Shown one piece after another: positions 10,167 to 21,701 of a stretch of DNA of 64,000 nucleotides. The notes beneath the pieces were generated by a model. It was given only the letters and a program-made list of their open reading frames with translations. It did not search any database and was not told where the DNA came from. The DNA comes from Macrostomum lignano (Eukaryota): assembly GCA_002269645.1 (NCBI GenBank), contig NIVC01000094.1:1-64000 (forward strand), given 5' to 3'. Numbering within the stretch: position 1 is the stretch's first letter; each line of letters begins with the position of its first letter. Made by a program: the position numbers and the translations under genes.

Positions 10167-13100
10167 TTCAACTGGTTGTCTGGTGACAGGAAATTTAGTT
10201 TTCTGTCGTATTACTGAGTATGTACTCGCTATAGGTCTAATGCAATATGGAAAATATCAGGTTTGAGTCCGATCAGCAACTTACAATTCAGAGTAAATGA
10301 TCCAATTAGAGCCAGCAGATTCAGACACTATCCAGTGGAAAAGTATTTGTGCTTTTGTCTTCTGTAGAAAAGTGGTGGAGGAATCTTTCAAATTTTTGCT
10401 TCTAGAGCAAGAGCTAGTAGATTTGGCATTTATTGAGTTCTGAGATGAGCCCTCTCTGCGCCAGAGGCAGCAGAGGCTCCTGCGTCGCATTTCAAACAGC
10501 ATTAGTAGCGTGAAACAGGATGGGAAGAGAAAAACCAATTAATAATTTGCATTACCGTTCCAAGCTGATTCGGAGCAACTTGTGTTACCCGCTCGCATCA
10601 TATGGGCTTAGGGAGATGCTCTCGGATCCCTTTTGTTACGATGGCAACGGCGGGCTGGGAGGCGATTGGGAAAAAGCGGAGCATGAGTTTACATCCATTA
10701 TCCACGCAAACACCGGTGGCTCAGAAAATTGCAAATTTCTCACCGCTTTTCGGTGAGGTTGCTGCCAGCTCTTGGCATTGCCGTCTGTTTCACTTCTCTT
10801 TTCCCCATCTGAGAAGCAGAAGCCGCTCGCTCCCCTTTCTTGAAATTCTTGTTTTCCAACTTTATTCACTCTGCCTTCCATCCTCATCAATAGGCTTCTT
10901 TTAGAGCTAAATTTATTGCGGCTGGAACCAGTTTGCTTGCTTAATGATTAATTCAGCAAAGTAAGCACCTGAATCGCTAGTTTTTACAAGCGAAGCGCGC
11001 TAGATTCCGTGTAAGCAGTGTAGAGGCATGTCCCAAATGCAGAGAGCGATTTTAAATTAGCTAGCTACCAAAAATCAACTCTATTTTCTAAAAGTGACCT
11101 ACAAGCCGTCTATGATACTATAATACAAATGCGAAAATAACGATTTGGCAACAATTGGGTAAAATGAACAGCACAGAGCTCATTAGCTGACTCCGCGTTA
11201 ATTGAAGAAATAAGGCTTTGATCCTGAATAATGCGAGCCAATCATTTTTGCAGGAGGGCTGCGCGGGCACCCTGGCGAAACGCTTTCAGCGACAAAGTCT
11301 CAAGAGCGGCACTGAAGCAATTCCTCTGACTCCTGAGCTCATTAAAGCACGCACTCATACACACGCTCGCACAGGGTGGCACAGCGGGTGAACAGAACAT
11401 TTCTTTGAATAGTGTGAACTGAAGCAATGCAGAGTCAAGTCGGGCCACACACATCAATTACCGAATTCATTCAAAACCCAAAAATTTCAACCAGCTCATG
11501 CGCTTACATTTGGCCCTGGCCTAGCTCCTCGTAGTATGGCTAGCAAGCCCCAGTAGCCAAGCATTATCGTACTGACTGCGAATTGTCTTTGTTCCAACCT
11601 GCAGCCTCTCCCCCGCGTCTCTGCTTGTCCTCTGCTTGTTATCGCCACTGGAACCCAGCTTAGATTCTTTAGGCCCGAGGCTCTCGAACTCCTAGTAAAT
11701 ACATGCCACACATTCAATCCAACGTCTCGTCGCAGGGATTAGCCCACGCATTTTAAATGGTTGTCTGGAGGCCGTCGATAGCGTGCAGAGTGAATGTACT
11801 ATATTAATTTTAATTCTCGAATATTTTTACTTGTTTGTTTATAATAGGATGGTTGTGTCGCTGACCAAACAGAAAAAATGTAGCGGCAAAATCCTGGTTA
11901 TTACACAGGGAAACAGCGAATTCCAGCGCGCTGTTTTAGGTGGTCAATATGAAATCAGTTCCATGTCATTTTGTGACTTACCTTTGCCCGTCGAATTTGA
12001 TTCTGTGAGCTAGAAGGCGTGAGGGCACAAGGCAGGCCCAATCAAAGATTTGGTTGGATCAGGATCCATGGAGGAGGTGCTACACAAGTGGGCGCAAGTT
12101 TTTAATCCGGTTTCGCATCATCTGATATTGTTTTCAATTGCCTCTTGCTAGGCCTGATACAGTTTCCAACATACGAGCGTAATACTGCATGCACCTTAAC
12201 ATGTTCTTCATATCTAGCACTCCACTATCTAGGCTTAGAATAATCTTAAGAGTATGGAATGCTAAGGAATTAAGTGACTCGTACAGGGGCATTGTCCAAG
12301 TACCTTTGCTGCTTGCATTCAAGAACGTTTATTTACTGCCGTAAGATCAGGGGTAAATTCCAAGCTGATACTGTGTGAGCACAAATTGTCCACCGAAGCA
12401 GGGACATGAGCATGCAATTGCCAAGAGCGTACTCGTACTTTCAATTTAATTCTGATTTCTCATATTCTAAAAATCGAGTGAACCCCTAGAGATGCCAGCT
12501 GTTGCAGGAAGAACGGTTTATTATAGTTTAAACTAAGTTCAGTCTGAAGTTTCAGATCTTTAGAAACCGCATGTAGTACATGCATGTATAGTGCGTGCCA
12601 GTAGGCTGAGTCAAGAGAGTGCTGTTCACCTTTAAGGTGAAATATACAGTTAAAATGCTTCCCAAAATTATATCCCACAAAAAGATCTCGATTTTTATTG
12701 AAGAATCTGTTCGATTTTACTGAGGAGTGAGGACAGCCTAATCAGAGTTAATGAGATGGTGCCAACCATGGAGCATAAAATTGTCCTAGACTTTCCAGCC
12801 ATAAAAATACTCGTAATAGAGGATATAGATGTTGCAGAATCCTCGGGATAATATACTGCAGGCATGATTTCCAATGGCTTCAAAAAACCGGTCTATGACG
12901 CCCGGCCAGTGTCCCTGGGTTTTAGGTAGGGCAAAGCAGAGAATTCAGAAACAGTTGTGGTACCACAAGTTTAACCTCAACTTTGATCTCCCATAATCTC
13001 AACTTGCTTTTTGATGCCTATAGACATCGACAAAGAGGAAACAGCTGAGGGACATGACTGATCACACAGAATTAACAGGGAAGTAAATGTACTTTCGTAC

Positions 13101-13189
13101 AAGGAAATATAGAGATAGCAGGTGAGCACAAGGAGCGGATTGTAAAGGCCAAAAGATGAGAGAAGTACGAGCAACGTACGAAAGCTGCT

Positions 13190-13780
13190 GTGTCAACAAG
13201 GATGGCCTATCGCCAATCGGACTTCTTCGAGAGAACTCTTCGGGTGTTCCAGGGAGATACGCCGGTTGCTGCTTGTTCTGGTGCTCGACTGAATTCCGGA
13301 CAGGCTGATTGCTGTTGCTGCGAGCGTCGGCCTGGTGGTAAACACGCACAAGACCGTCGCACTGCGTGTCGGACAACATAGAGGCTGTACTATTGTGGTG
13401 AGGCGCTGACTGACAGGCGATGGAACTTCTGTGATGTCAACAGTTTGTCTACCTCGGTAGTCTGGTTCCCAACGTCTGCGAAGATCCGAGGCGTCCCATA
13501 GGCTGGCTTGCCTGGGCTGTTCTGCTAAGGTTGTCCTGCAGTCTGAAGCCCACCTAACCGCGGCGTTGTTCCGGAAGGTGGTCGAGACTGTCCTGCTGTA
13601 CAATGTTGAGACTTTAACGCTGACAGACTCGCTGGAACAGAAAGTTGATGCCACGCACGCACGCCACCTTCAAGATCGGCGACGAGCCAGCACTCTGACG
13701 CTGCGATACCTGCCGTCTGAGCGACCTTCTGCGCCGAAAACACGTACTAACCACAGCCAGTGCAGCTGATGCGTCGACTG
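13190..13780 (+). mobile_element. Decayed non-LTR retrotransposon (LINE, RTE-like) reverse transcriptase remnant
   Basis: Fragments across frames: DGL..SDFFE..GVFQGDT..LLLVLVLD (RT GVxQGD motif), VGLVVNTHKT, and FRKVVETVLLYNVETLTLTDSLEQKVDATHAR (typical post-RT segment). Many frameshifts and deletions. Confidence 0.75.
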
Positions 13781-14294
13781 CCTGCCTGCTGGCTAACACC
13801 GGCGTCTGCTGCATTTGCATAACAGACCTAAGTTGCACCCTGACACGCTGATCTTGTTTTATAAGCCATAAACGACAGCGCATTTTGTTGCTTTGTTGCA
13901 CAACAAAAACCAATCAATTATTAAGTTGGTAAAATAAAACAGATTGCGCTCGTAGAAAACAAAAACGCGCACTTGCAAAAGTTTGAAAACAACTTGGTTG
14001 TTTATTAAAATTTTCCTCAATTGTGACGTATTTTTAGCCGCTCGTCTACGTATAGAACGGTAAGGAATTCCGGTTATGCAAGACTGCACCAACCAATAAC
14101 AGTAAAATTCACGTTACAGATAAAAAATAATGTTTAACTACGGGCTTCCGAGTAACAAGGATTATACCGGTACATTATGTTTTAGCTTGAAAAAAAGTAC
14201 AATACGAGTATTTAATTAATTATAAACATTTTAAAGCTTGAATAAAGTGCAGTTGAGTAAAGTGCAGGATTCACCCAGTTCGGATGCCATCAAT

Positions 14295-14363
14295 TCAGGC
14301 CTGCAGCATCGGAGCATCATAGCTGGGCCGAGTGACCACGACATGGCTGGTCTGGTTCATCAC
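14295..14363 (-). CDS. Small single-pass membrane protein B, exon 2 (cytoplasmic tail VMNQTSHVVVTRPSYDAPMLQA*)
   Basis: TTCCAG|GTG acceptor at 14364, phase 0, and stop at 14295-14297. Splicing removes the 26-bp minisatellite. Inferred, no transcript evidence. Confidence 0.6.
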   Translation of the reverse strand: MMNQTSHVVVTRPSYDAPMLQA

Positions 14364-14409
14364 CTGGAATGAGGAGAGTGGAGCAGCCCGTTGTCTGACT
14401 GGTTCAGCA

Positions 14410-15120
14410 TGTGATTGAGCTGGGTCTGGCAGTGACTGAGCTGGGTCTGTTTAGACAGTGACTGAGTAGGATCTGGTCTGACAGTGACTGAGTAGGGTCT
14501 GGTCTGACAGTGACTGAGTAGGATCTGGTCTGACAGTGACTGAGTAGGGTCTGGTCTGACAGTGACTGAGTAGGATCTGGTCTGACAGTGACTGAGTAGG
14601 GTCTGGTCTGACAGTGACTGAGTAGGGTCTGGTCTGACTGACTGAGTAGGATCTGGTCTGGCAGTTATTGAGTAGGGTCTGGTCTGGCAGTGACTGAGTA
14701 TAGGGTCTGGTCTGACAGTGACTGAGTAGGGTCTGGTCTGGCAGTTATTGAGTAGGGCCTGGTCTGGCAGTGACTGAGTATAGGGTCTGGTCTGACAGTG
14801 ACTGAGTAGGATCTGGTCTGACAGTGACTGAGTAGGATCTGGTCTGGCAGTGACTGAGTAGGGTCTGGTCTGGCAGTGACTGAGTATAGGGTCTGGTCTG
14901 GCAGTGACTGAGTATAGGGTCTGGTCTGACAGTGACTGAGTAGGGTCTGGTCTGACAGTGACTGAGTAGGGTCTGGCAATGACTGAATAGGGTCTGGCAA
15001 TGACTGAATAGGGTCTGGCAATGACTGAATAGGGTCTGGCAATGATTGAGTAGGGTCTGGTCTGGCAATGACCTGAGTAATTGGGTCTGGAAGTGACTGA
15101 GTAGGGGTTGGCAGTGACTA
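14410..15120 (+). repeat. 26/28-bp minisatellite (GACTGAGTAGGGTCTGGTCTGACAGT) plus 21-bp derivative, in the inferred intron of protein B
   Basis: Unit is not a multiple of 3, so the 372-aa read-through ORF cycles through frames and is likely incidental. Confidence 0.92.
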
Positions 15121-15151
15121 AGCGGAGGGGTGAAGCACCCCAGAGGCGCAC

Positions 15152-15478
15152 CGGTCGGTAGACGGTGCGGTTCTTCCTGCAAGGCGCGCAGCAGCAGCAG
15201 CAGCAGCAGGAGAGCAGGAACAGGGCCAGGAGACCTCCGGCGGCGATGCACACGTAGAACAGCGCCTTCCAGACCCGACGGCAGCCGGTGTCGATGCCCT
15301 GCGTTGACACGCCGGCTTTGCACATCTCGTAATAAAACGGGTTGCCATCGTCTTTCTTAACCTCGATGCTGGCGCCGCTCTTGCCCATATTGAAGTTGAT
15401 GCCGCTGCCATCGCTGGCGACACCGCTGGCCAGCAGGGCCAGGACAGCCAGAGCGCAGATATTGAGGCGGCAGAGCAT
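15152..15478 (-). CDS. Small single-pass membrane protein B, exon 1 (signal peptide, 2-Cys ectodomain, TM, poly-Cys)
   Basis: MLCRLNICALAVLALLASGVAS signal, GNPFYYEMC...TGCRRVWKALFYVC, TM, CCCCCCC. Phase-0 donor CCG|GTGCGC after a Pro codon, the same position as in paralog A. Confidence 0.85.
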
Positions 15479-15740
15479 GGCGTTTCAGACTGCCAGATGC
15501 GGGAGCGGTTATGCAAATATTTTTAGAATTTCAAATCGATTTTGGGCCAAACACTTAGCAACATAAATAGAACTTGGTACTAGGGCTGTGCACACACATC
15601 CCTCCCTCTCTTGCCATTTGCCACTTTTATTAGCGAGCACAATTATTTTAACTCATTGATGCTATTTGGCTATTATGGTCTTGCTTTGCCACCAACCAGC
15701 GACAGACGAAATTATGCAGACTGTTATTAGGGGGGCCGTA

Positions 15741-15960
15741 GGCCCGTAGCCCAGTGGTCCAGCGCGGCGTCTGATGTGCCAGCGGCCCAGGCTCGATTTC
15801 AAGTGCAGTGTCACATTAATTTGGGGGATAAATTGGAATCTCAGCTGGATGCAATTAACGCCCCTGACTGACCCCAAGGCACAGGGTAGCGTACGGATCT
15901 GCCTCTTAAAGTGTGCCAGGGTGCGCACAGCACCGGCCTCTAAATAATGACGACTGTTAT
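15741..15960 (+). mobile_element. Possible degenerate tRNA-derived SINE
   Basis: A-box-like TAGCCCAGTGG and B-box-like GGCTCGATTTC at tRNA-like spacing, ending in an AAT-rich tail. Confidence 0.35.
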
Positions 15961-17252
15961 TAATGATAACGAGCAGGCTATACAGTTAAATAATGAATAA
16001 ATCAGTCAATGAGTTAATGATTTAATTCTAAACACAAACAAGTAAAAATGGACTATTTTATCAGGACTTACGGTGCTACAAAAGCAGGACAATTTGGTTG
16101 AACTTTTAACAGACGGTGCTGCGGCGCTAAGGGCGGTCCAAGTAATCCTTCCTTTCTTGCGACTGCGAGCTATTAATCTGCCTGCTGTTGCAACTCAATG
16201 CATTGTTGGGGGGGGGGGGCGGGGGTAAAGTGGAGCGCGGCCTTGGCCAGACCCCTTCAAAAGGGAAGGGTTAGAAAACGACGGGCGGGGAGTGTACATT
16301 GGCTAATGTACATTCTATTCCGCCTCTAGAGCCCAGACTTTGTCATAAAATTTCCTGGAAATCGTTAATGCGCATATCAGATACGCTCGTGTCTCTAGCA
16401 TAGAACAGACAGACACCCCTTTGCAATCCTTCCATAACGTCTCAACTATCGACCAAAACCGAGACTGCAGAGTCTGCGTTCGTTCGTACCATTGTCAATT
16501 TTCATTCCTTTTTCTACGAGTGTGCCTACATTCCTACATTTCTAACTGCCAATAGTGAGTGGCTCTAGGCCAGTGTCTGAGTCTACCGTCGCGTACAGTG
16601 TACAAATACATTTTTGATGCCTGCCTTCCAAACAAACAATACGAAAAAAGAATGTCTCTCTTTCGTGTTTTTGCTCTTCACCTCAAAAAATAGCTCGTAA
16701 CTCGCTAAAAAACAAAAAACAGTGCCGAACTAAATGCGAGACTAAATGCGAAATGGCAGACACTGAGCAGCGATGGCTGGCTGTATGCCTAGATCTTAGT
16801 TAATTTGAATGGCACACTCACTACTACTACTAAATAGTATCTAACGCGAAGCAATCATTGCATTGAATACAGATTGCATTTGAAAAATTAGAGAAATAAA
16901 ATTAAACACAACAACGCGAATTTTATGAATATATGCCTAATTACTTTCATGTAGACTTTAATCGCTCTTAAAAATAATAAATTTAGGTGAGCCATTACTA
17001 TACGCAGAATCGAAGTCTGCCGCCTATTAATTTTATTTATTTGACACGGAAACATATTTTAATGCTACTTCCACTTTTGGCCAGCTAAAACAAAAAATAG
17101 TTTGTGAATGTGACTACATATACTACTAACAACTCATAGCTTTTAAATTTAGCTACAGTAATCCTACAGAGAAAGACCGGTCTGCGCAATCTAGTTAAAC
17201 TAAAATACAACGCATTTCCCTAAAGCCTAAAAAAAGAAAAGATCGAACTAGC

Positions 17253-17629
17253 CTACTTATTAGAGTAGCATTGAAAGCGCGCCGGACCGGATGCAATTTC
17301 GTCATTCTTCATGTGCAGATAGAATGATATAATGTAGCGATGCGGACCGCGCGGCAGCTGGAGAGGCGACATGAACTCGCCCGACACGATCTGAGTTGGC
17401 GAGTCGCCCTCCCGGTCGGGTAGGTACACTTCGCAGCTCAGAGGCAAACTGCCGAACTTGCTGTGCGGCTCGACAAGGAGCTGCCTCTCGTTCAGGTGCA
17501 ATCGGAGCGCCTTGCGGCCATTCTCATTGCCGCTGGACGAGTTCCCAGTCAGCAGAGAGAAAGAAAAAGTTCCTGCCGATTGGGGACGGGAGAATGCCGA
17601 ATTATTGGCAGTTATGCAGTCATAAAGCT
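17253..17629 (-). CDS. Uncharacterised membrane protein, probable exon 3
   Basis: Open GC-rich frame (ORF 17253-17705). Phase-compatible acceptor CTCTACAG| at 17630. 5' boundary uncertain. Confidence 0.5.
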
Positions 17630-17699
17630 CTGTAGAGCTTTCAACTTGGTATACTTTGCCCTTATCTCTGATTATCCATTCTATTGTCCATTGTTCTCT

Positions 17700-17925
17700 G
17701 TTCATGATTCTCTGGTCTATTTTTCCCTGGTCATGATCCTGTGGTCCATTTTTCCCTGGTAATGATCCTCTGGTCCATTTTTCCCTGGTAATGATCCTCT
17801 GGTCTATTTTTCACTGGTCATGATCCTCTGGTCCATTTTTTCCTGGTCATGATCCTCTGGTCTGGTCATGATCCTCTGGTCCATTTTTCCCTGGTCATGA
17901 TCCTCTGGTCAATTTTTCCCTGATC
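17700..17925 (+). repeat. 29-30-bp minisatellite (ATGATCCTCTGGTCCATTTTTCCCTGGTC) in the inferred intron
   Basis: About 7-8 degenerate copies. Confidence 0.85.
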
Positions 17926-18010
17926 AATTGTCCTCAGGCCCATTGTTTCCTGATCCGCTGTGTCTACGGATCACCCCTTGCTCGTCAACTCTTGTCATGT
18001 TCCAACGCAC

Positions 18011-18234
18011 CATTGAGTGGCAAATCTTGCATCTCTCTGCTAAGACGCCGCTTGAGCGACTCGGATCTCTGGCGCACCACAACATGCATTGGCAGGCTGC
18101 TTTGGTTGACAGCCATTACTCGGTCTGGATGCACTCGCAGGGTGAGCAGACGGTGCCGTCTAGCCTCACTTGTGTTGCTCTGGCAGATGAAGGAGGCCAG
18201 GCGAGTTTGCGGTCCTCTGGTTGTTACCAAAAAC
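18011..18234 (-). CDS. Uncharacterised membrane protein, exon 2
   Basis: Acceptor CTTTAAAG|G (98-nt intron 18235-18332) restores the frame K|FLVTTRGPQTRLASFIC. Likely donor G|GTGCGT at 18010. Confidence 0.55.
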
Positions 18235-18332
18235 CTTTAAAGTCGAGAAAGTATTTCCCTTAGCAAGATAAAGTAAGTTTATTTCTGGAATTTGTTAAGA
18301 GCCACATCAAGAAAAAACAACAGAAGGCTCAC

Positions 18333-18892
18333 TTGAAATACTTTCCCTGCGAGCGTTCGAAGTGCACTGTCTTCTGAAGAAATCCGCAGAAGACCTGCCG
18401 CTCCGCTAGCTGAGACTCCGTCCGGACTGTATACGGCTTCATCTTCCAGATAATAATCTCCATTCGTTGTTTGAGAAACTTGAGCACTGGCTTCACCTCG
18501 ACAAATTCTGTTGACACTTTAATCTGCATAAACTGCTTGTCATCAGCTTCATCCTCGCCAGTTTCCATCGAATACATCCGGTACACGTTAACATCAGGCT
18601 GCAGAGTCAACTGCAGCTGGTCCTCAGTCACCAAGCGGAGTCCGCGGCCTAGGCCAGGTCCATCCAGCCGAATCTGCTGCTCATCCGTGTTGGTGATCTG
18701 CAGGTGGTCATCGAGGATCACAACCTCCACAGCGCAACTGAACGTTGGTACTTCCGCAGTTGAACCGTCGATTTGCGCGTCCGAGTTGCTGCTAAAGTAC
18801 TTTTCCGCGACGAGCATGTACACCACGGTGCCTAGCAGGAACAGGAAGATTCCCACCGAGGCAGCGAACACCGCTATGGTCAGTGCGGACAT
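18333..18892 (-). CDS. Uncharacterised N-terminally anchored membrane protein, exon 1
   Basis: ORF 18329-18892 with hydrophobic N-terminus (TIAVFAASVGIFLFLLGTVVYML) and a globular beta-rich region. Donor AA|GTGAGC, phase 2. Confidence 0.7.
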
Positions 18893-19404
18893 TCAGCTGG
18901 TGGCCGGCGGCCTGCAGCAGCGACCTGCTGACATGAGGTTGTCGTAGCTTCTTCCTTTCTTCTCCAACCTTCTCTAACCCCAAATTCGGTATGAAATGAA
19001 TAAAGCCAAAACTCTGTTGTTCATCACTTCCGTTTGTCAAGCAAGCCATCTTCTCAATTGAAGACTTGACAGCTAGTTGGCAAAGTCTATGGTAAAAAGC
19101 TGTGTTCTACGTTTTGACGTCTAAATCTTCTTGATCTGTTCCACCATTTACTATATAGAATAGAAAACACAAGCCAAGGCCCGTGTTTATGCAACCCAAG
19201 CCAAGGGCCCGTGTGCAGCCCTCATTGTTCCCTTTTGTCTATGGTTTCCGGCATTCATACTTGCGGTAACAATTTAATTGTTTGTCGGCTTTTTTCGATT
19301 GTTGCCGGATTTCAGACGAATGTATTTGGCTATCAAAACAAGGAACAACAATAGCAACACGGCGAAAGTGTTTCATAGTCACAAAAAGTTCTTAAGAACA
19401 AACC

Positions 19405-19632
19405 TCAGAAAAGCCTCAGATAATCGTTCAAAAATCGATCCGGAACACGCTCAAACTCCTGGCAGAGCCCCTTCTCGTTGAGGAACTGTCGGAACCTTGC
19501 CACGTGAAGCTTCCGTTGCGTCTCGGTCGATTTCGGCACTGAGTCACTCTCAAGTCGGTCCAACATTTCCAGATCTTCGCTACCTAGCTCAGGCAGCCCG
19601 TTGGAACTGGACGACGCATCCAGGTTGTCCAT
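19405..19632 (-). mobile_element. Crypton-like (DUF3504/KIAA1958-type tyrosine recombinase) N-terminal fragment
   Basis: MDNLD...LDRLESDSVPKSTETQRKLHVARFRQFLNEKGLCQEFERVPDRFLNDYLRLF resembles the (S/I)PKNT..T..AV..F..W/FL..RG...FE.L....LN..LR.F pattern. Truncated before the catalytic domain. Confidence 0.55.
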
Positions 19633-20329
19633 CTCCAGAACGTAGCGCGTGCTCGACTCTCGGGTGACAAAAGCCAACTCGTCCGTGGAGAGTCCACATA
19701 TTTCTCCGCCAGGAATGTTTGCGTAGCGAATCATAGCTAGTTTTCCTATTTGCACTCCGAATAGGAGAATTAATTCAAGCTCAAAATCAACTTGAGAATT
19801 AACTCATGGCAGCCAGGCTAGCTGTCTTCACTGTCCTTTAAATTTGCCATAAACGATTAATTATCTCTACAACCCTTTCATTTAGAGAGCAACTAAATTT
19901 GCCATAGACGATTGATTATCTCTACAACCCTTTCAAAGCGCATTCCGGCAACAATCGCATTTCATACTCAGCATCCGCACTATACATGTCTGGGCCATAA
20001 GACAGGGGAAGTCAAAAGGGTACAATAATGACATGTACCGATTTTTTTCGGCAGCAATTGCTCTACTAAGCTTCAGCCGCTACGCTACGTTACATTGTTT
20101 TCAAAAAGTTTTCTAGGCTGCCAGTGCAATACAAATGTTAGGTAATGTAATTATTAAGCATCAAGTACGCAACATCTAAGCTTGTGAAAATATGTTAGAA
20201 AGAAAGCAGAAAATTTTAGAGAAATAATAATAAAAACTGGTTGTTTCTTTGACTATATTTGGAATGCAAAGAAGTATCCCCGTAGCTGGAGAAAAACTTC
20301 ACGTCATGATCACAACTAAATATCATCTC

Positions 20330-20630
20330 AATCCCAACCACCTCACCTCTCTATCCCAGTATCATCACTCCCAACATCCTCAATCCCAGCATCCTCACTC
20401 CTAATGTCCTCACTCCCAACATCCTCACTCCCAAACATTCTCAATCCCAGCATCCTCTCACTCCCAACATCCTCAATCTCAGCATCCTCACTCCCAATCA
20501 ACTTCCTCACTCACAGCATCCTCTCTCCCAGCATCCTCAATCCCAGTATCCTCACTCCCAACATACTCAATCCAAGCATCCTCACTCCCAACATCCTCAA
20601 TCCAAGCATCCTCACTCCAATCCTCAATTC
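20330..20630 (+). repeat. About 30-bp C-rich minisatellite (CATCCTCAATCCCAGCATCCTCACTCCCAA)
   Basis: About 10 degenerate copies just downstream of the GT32 gene. Confidence 0.85.
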
Positions 20631-20673
20631 TTAAATTCTCACTGTCCCTCAGGTGGCACTAAAGTCGCTACTG

Positions 20674-21644
20674 TCAGACAAGGCGACCAGATTTCCACAC
20701 CTGAGTGTGGAACTGCAGCACGTAGGAGTGGCGATGCTTCCACTGGCAAAGTGCCTCCTCTTCGTCCGTCATCCGGTTGAGATCGCGGCACGGCCCAGCC
20801 GTGACATTGTCCACCACCCAGGAAAATGGATTAAACTCGCGGGCGGGGGCCAGGCAGATTCCGCTGGCTGGGTCCATGGCAGCTACCCTCAGTGCCCGCG
20901 TCAAAGCCACGGGGCCGCAGATCTCCTCGGGAATGCCGCCGCCGGCGCCAGCAGCCTCGGCAATCTCGGCGGCCATTACGTTCGCTTTGACGCCTCGCAG
21001 CAGGCGAAGCCAAAACGGATGTCCCGGCTCGGCAGAATAGAGGAACGAATTCTCGTAGTAGCCGAAGCTGTCGCCTGGCCCGCGCAGGGTGCGCATCCGG
21101 CCGACCAGAACTCGGCAGTCGGCGAGCCGGTGCTCGAAGCTTCTCAGGCACACGTTGTCCAGGTCGGTGTAGATGCCGCCGAATTTGTACATGTAGATAT
21201 ACCTGCGGCCATAGGGGGGGCACTCAAATTACGGTGTGGAGGTTGCATCCTACCTTGCTAAACAAGTCTACCTAACCTTGCAACATCGGCACGGCAAATC
21301 GGGTGCCGTCGCAGACCCCGGATGTAGGTGTCGAGGAACCAGGGTGCCGCCCGCCGCACCAGCGACTCATTCATTTCATCCGTCCACAGCAGATGGCGCC
21401 AGGTTGGAAAGCACTGGCGCCAACTGTTTCGCCAGCGATCAAAGCGAGGCGTCAGAGTTGAAGTTTTCCAGCTCTGATGCACGATGCGACTCCCGTCGTG
21501 ATGAGGAAACAGCGGCTGCTGAAGTTTTGGAGGCGCCGGCAGAGGGTTTCGCGTGGCGATGAAGGTCAGAACCCCGACCACGGCAAGCAGCTCGGCGAAA
21601 ACGCACGCAAACAGGCGCTGCCCAGAGACTTTCAGCAGTGCCAT
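20674..21644 (-). CDS. Glycosyltransferase family 32 (DXD sugar-binding; OCH1/SUR1-like), type II membrane, about 298 aa; exons 21277-21644 and 20674-21202
   Basis: N-terminal TM, IVHQSWKT, LLWTD, PWFLDTY. The 74-nt intron (AG|GTTAGG...CCGCAG|G) rebuilds RADVARYIYMYKFGGIYTDLD. Also NSFLYSAEPGHPFW and ICGPVALT. Confidence 0.9.
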
Positions 21645-21670
21645 GGCCAGAGCTGCGCCCGCGAACTCAG

Positions 21671-21701
<31 letters not shown>

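Noticed and set aside
11490-11750. Minus-strand tRNA-like or SINE head
   Set aside because: B-box-like GAGTTCGAG only; no convincing A box or stems.
11950-13050. Possible DNA transposase remnant on the minus strand (LDNAP; HVLHAVSKDL)
   Set aside because: Only isolated short motifs in different frames; cannot be supported without a profile search.
14360-15478. 372-aa read-through ORF
   Set aside because: The C-terminal two thirds cycle through frames of a 26-bp repeat. A spliced 131-aa model matching the paralog is more parsimonious.
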